Source: a bacterium
GTDB lineage: Bacteria; UBA10199; 2-02-FULL-44-16; JAAZCA01
DNA: 64,000 bases
Assembly: GCA_963674695.2 (NCBI GenBank)
Contig: CAXXGI010000002.1
Location: 320,001 to 384,000, forward strand
Direction of reading: 5' to 3'
The notes under the pieces are model-generated. The model made no database searches and was not told where the DNA came from. It saw nothing but the letters and a program-made list of their open reading frames with translations. A program made the translations under genes and the position numbers. Below, one piece after another: positions 60,845 to 64,000 of the stretch (position 1 is its first letter; each line of letters opens with the position of its first letter).

Positions 60845-61888
60845 ATGAATCGTATTATACTTCTCATCATCGTATGTGTGTTGCTCTGTACAGCGTCGGC
60901 TTTTGCCGACGACACTGCCTTCGGTGGCGAAGGGGCTTCCCCCATGCCGATCGATACGGCGGATGTCGTGTTCGTCGATGAGAAGGTCGTGATTCGGGGA
61001 AAGGGAATCGATGATGCGAAGGCGGAGAGCCTCTGGGAGGTCACCTGCGATTTCACCTTTCGCAACGATTCGGATCAGCCCGTATCGCTCACGATGGGGT
61101 TCCCCTTTCCGGCCGTTCAGGAAGACGGCGCGGTCGCGCTCCCGAAGGGCGTGGCGCGAAAACTCGGCGCGCCGCTGGTCTATGATTTCAGCGTGACCAT
61201 CGACGGGAAGGCAGTTCAGGCGCAGAAGAAGAAGATCGCCCCCAACTCGAGCCGCGAGCTCTATTATACCGATGCCTATCTCTGGGACGTCGCGTTCAAG
61301 CCGAAGGAGACCGTTCGCATTCATCACCGCTATACGACGGGTGTGACCTACGACGTGATGGGATATGTCTGGGCCTCCTATGTCCTCAAGACCGGTGGGA
61401 TGTGGAAGGGGGGCACGATCGGGCATGCTCGGCTCGAGGTCATCCCTGGCATCCTGGCCAAGCCCTGTACGGAACTCGGCGGGGATTCGGTCGCGTATAT
61501 CAAGACGACGCCGAAGGGGATGCAGAAGAAGGGGAACGGGATCGGCCAGATGTATATCTGGGATCTCAAGGCCTTTCGTCCGCAAAAGGATCTCAGCCTC
61601 TGTCTGCTGCCGGCCAAGGATTACGTGCGTCGTCAGATCGTGTATCGCTATTCCTACGAGCTCGAGGCGGAGAAGGAATTGCAGAAGAAGAGCCCCAAGG
61701 AGTTGCGCCTCCTGCGCAACACGGTCTTCGCTCAATATGGACGCCGCTTCAAGGACTCCGCGCTGCAGAAATACTTCGATGCGCAGTGGTGGTACGTGCC
61801 CAACCCCCACTATAATGATACGATGTTGTCGACCGAGGACAAGGAGCTGATCGCCCTCATCGCACGCGTGGAGAAGAAACGACGGTGA
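60845..61888 (+). CDS. Secreted DUF4424-like protein with C-terminal YARHG domain
   Basis: Signal; YVLKTGGMWKGGTIG; LRLLRNTVFAQYGRRF...YF..QWWY. Confidence 0.78.
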   Translation: MNRIILLIIVCVLLCTASAFADDTAFGGEGASPMPIDTADVVFVDEKVVIRGKGIDDAKAESLWEVTCDFTFRNDSDQPVSLTMGFPFPAVQEDGAVALPKGVARKLGAPLVYDFSVTIDGKAVQAQKKKIAPNSSRELYYTDAYLWDVAFKPKETVRIHHRYTTGVTYDVMGYVWASYVLKTGGMWKGGTIGHARLEVIPGILAKPCTELGGDSVAYIKTTPKGMQKKGNGIGQMYIWDLKAFRPQKDLSLCLLPAKDYVRRQIVYRYSYELEAEKELQKKSPKELRLLRNTVFAQYGRRFKDSALQKYFDAQWWYVPNPHYNDTMLSTEDKELIALIARVEKKRR

Positions 61889-61912
61889 GACACACAAGGG
61901 AGAGGAGATTCT

Positions 61913-62740
61913 ATGTTCAGGAATACAAATGGGGGGATCGGCAAGGTTGTGCTGATCATTCTGGGGTCGGTGGCCATCGTTCTGGCGATCCTTATCACCA
62001 TCGGAATGTGGCATACCTCGGGCATGAAGGAGAATGCCGACGCCTTCTTCGCGGCGCTCCGATCCGGAGATTATACGGGCGCTTATGCGCTGACGTCCGC
62101 CTCGTTTCGTGAGGCCACGAGCGTTGAAGAGCTGAAGGCACGCATGGAGGGAGCCCCAATTGTCGGCGTCGAGTGGGGCTCGGAGCACTCGATGGACGGC
62201 GACAAGAAGCGGCTGGATGCCGAATTCATCATGAAAAGCGGCGCCAGGGCACCGATCAGCGTGACCATGGTCCGGGAGGGTAATGCGTGGAAGGTCTTCG
62301 CCATCGATCCGCGCGTGGCGGAAGAGAAACCGAAGGCCGATGAGGGCGACGACGAAGCGCTCGAGGGATCTTCATGGGGCGTCAACTGGTCGACCGCACG
62401 GATTGCCGATGCCTTTCTGACCAAATCGATCGACGACCCCAATGCGATTACGAAGGAGAATCGCTTTTCGTCCGATATAGAGAAGATCTATTGCGCGGTG
62501 AAGCTGGCCAACGCGCCCGAAGATACGGAAGTGACCGCGCGCTGGATATTCCAGGGGGGAGAGGGCAGCGATCTCAAGGATTATGAGATCGGGACGGTCA
62601 CGCAGCCCTCGAAGGGCGATGCCTATCTCACGTTCATCGTCACGCGCCCCGAAGGGGGATTTCCCAAGGGGGACTACATCGTCAAGCTCTTCATCAACGG
62701 CAAGAAGAGGGAGAAGGTATCGTTCACGATAGGGGAATGA
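61913..62740 (+). CDS. Membrane-anchored hypothetical protein (NTF2-like + Ig-like)
   Basis: N-terminal TM; FFAALRSGDY..AY; C-terminal FPKGDY.VKLFING. Confidence 0.7.
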   Translation: MFRNTNGGIGKVVLIILGSVAIVLAILITIGMWHTSGMKENADAFFAALRSGDYTGAYALTSASFREATSVEELKARMEGAPIVGVEWGSEHSMDGDKKRLDAEFIMKSGARAPISVTMVREGNAWKVFAIDPRVAEEKPKADEGDDEALEGSSWGVNWSTARIADAFLTKSIDDPNAITKENRFSSDIEKIYCAVKLANAPEDTEVTARWIFQGGEGSDLKDYEIGTVTQPSKGDAYLTFIVTRPEGGFPKGDYIVKLFINGKKREKVSFTIGE

Positions 62741-62812
62741 AGCCGCTTGGCCTCATGAAAACGGCGTGATACAAAGGGGGAGCAGAGCCCCTCTACCTAT
62801 GGAGTTCATCCT

Positions 62813-64000
62813 ATGCTGCACAAAGAACGCATCAAATTGCCTGAATATATCTATCCGCCGGATCAGTGGCGCCTGGTGGAGACGCAGTTCGATCTCCAGT
62901 TTCTGGAGACGACCGAGAGTCTCTTCTCGGTTTCCAACGGCTATCTGGGCATTCGCGGCGCGCCCGAGGAGGGGCGTCCCGCCTATTGCAACGGCACCTA
63001 TATCAATGGGTTCTACGAATCCTGGCCGATGATCCACGCTGAGGAGGCCTACGGATTTGCCCAGACCGGTCAGTCGATCATCAACGTGCCCGGCGCCAAG
63101 GTGATTCGCCTCTATGTTGACGACGAGCCGCTGGATCTGTCCAAGGCCAACCTGCTGCACTACGAGCGCGCGCTCAACATGCAGGAGGGTACGCTCGACC
63201 GCAACATTCTCTGGGAGACGCCGGCGGGCAAAAAGATCCAACTGCGCACGCGTCGACTCATCTCCTTTCCGGATCGACATCTGGGGCTCCTCCTCCTCGA
63301 GGTCATGGCGCTCGACGCGCATGCCTCCATCGATCTCTCGTCGAAGATCGTTATGTCCAGCTCTGCGCGCGGGGCGACGAATGACCCGCGAAAGGGGCGA
63401 TCTCTGGGAGAGAATGCGCTCGATATGGAGCCCTACCGTGAGCAGGATGTGCGCATCATGATGGGGTATCGCACCAAATCGAGCGGCATGACGCTCGCCT
63501 GCGGAATGGATCACGTCTTGACGACCGATTGCCGATATACGGTGAGCACCGAACATTCGGAGGAGCTGGCCAAGGTCGTCTTCTCCATCGATGCACAACC
63601 GAACGTTCCCATCCAGCTCGCCAAATTCATCACGTATCACTCCTCGCATGGGGCGCCGACGCGCGACCTCTGTTCGCGGGTGGGGCGTACGCTCGATCGC
63701 GCTATTCACCGTGGAATCGATGTCATCCAACAGGAGCAGCGCGAGTACTTGGACGATTTCTGGCGGCGCAGCGACATTCGCATCGAGGGGGATGTCACGT
63801 TGCAGCAGGCGATGCGCTGGAATCTCTTCCAGATCCTCCAGGCCACGGGGCGTGCGGATCATACGGGCGTTCCCGCCAAGGGGCTCACGGGGCAAGGGTA
63901 CGACGGCCACTACTTTTGGGATACCGAGATCTATGTGATGCCGTTTCTCATCTATACCGCGCCCCGCATTGCTCGAAATCTTCTCCTCTTCCGGCACAGC
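62813..64000 (+). CDS. Glycoside hydrolase family 65 (maltose/trehalose/kojibiose phosphorylase-like), partial
   Basis: Hand translation MLHKERIKLPEYIYPPDQWRL..ESLFSVSNGYLGIRG...PAKGLTGQGYDGHYFWDTE; runs off the window, so it is absent from the ORF track. Confidence 0.92.
   Translation, partial: MLHKERIKLPEYIYPPDQWRLVETQFDLQFLETTESLFSVSNGYLGIRGAPEEGRPAYCNGTYINGFYESWPMIHAEEAYGFAQTGQSIINVPGAKVIRLYVDDEPLDLSKANLLHYERALNMQEGTLDRNILWETPAGKKIQLRTRRLISFPDRHLGLLLLEVMALDAHASIDLSSKIVMSSSARGATNDPRKGRSLGENALDMEPYREQDVRIMMGYRTKSSGMTLACGMDHVLTTDCRYTVSTEHSEELAKVVFSIDAQPNVPIQLAKFITYHSSHGAPTRDLCSRVGRTLDRAIHRGIDVIQQEQREYLDDFWRRSDIRIEGDVTLQQAMRWNLFQILQATGRADHTGVPAKGLTGQGYDGHYFWDTEIYVMPFLIYTAPRIARNLLLFRHS

Overview
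GC-rich bacterial chromosome segment; the gene repertoire suggests a deltaproteobacterial-type lineage (inference). About 1.5 kb at the left edge is AT-rich and probably foreign. Recognisable content: an alpha-glucan cluster (debranching enzyme, GT4, GH57, glgP), a GLIC/ELIC-type pentameric ligand-gated channel, an ATP-grasp / double Ddl-like ligase / DmpA operon, a GH18 chitinase, transporters (OPT, APC, ZnuABC, K+/H+ antiporter, MscK-like, paired Fluc), monomeric icd, a peroxiredoxin, NYN, ABC-F, RluA, tRNA-Ser(GCT) and a partial GH65. The most interesting signals are: (1) a four-gene A-B-A'-B' operon of two-helix half-ferritin proteins with matching 11-nt overlaps in front of a LysE exporter, partly missed by the ORF track; (2) a recurring sigma28-like promoter (CAAC-N14/15-CCGATAA) in front of a candidate anti-Shine-Dalgarno sRNA and several effector-like genes, including a SET methyltransferase, a phage-like KxDG ligase fused to an HxGH nucleotidyltransferase, and a caspase-like/thioredoxin/HEAT fusion; (3) a 195-nt rod-like hairpin at the island boundary; (4) MITEs with REP cargo, one inserted in frame into a lipoprotein signal peptide; (5) reciprocal remnants of a local tandem duplication. 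All calls come from reading motifs by eye; no database search was run.
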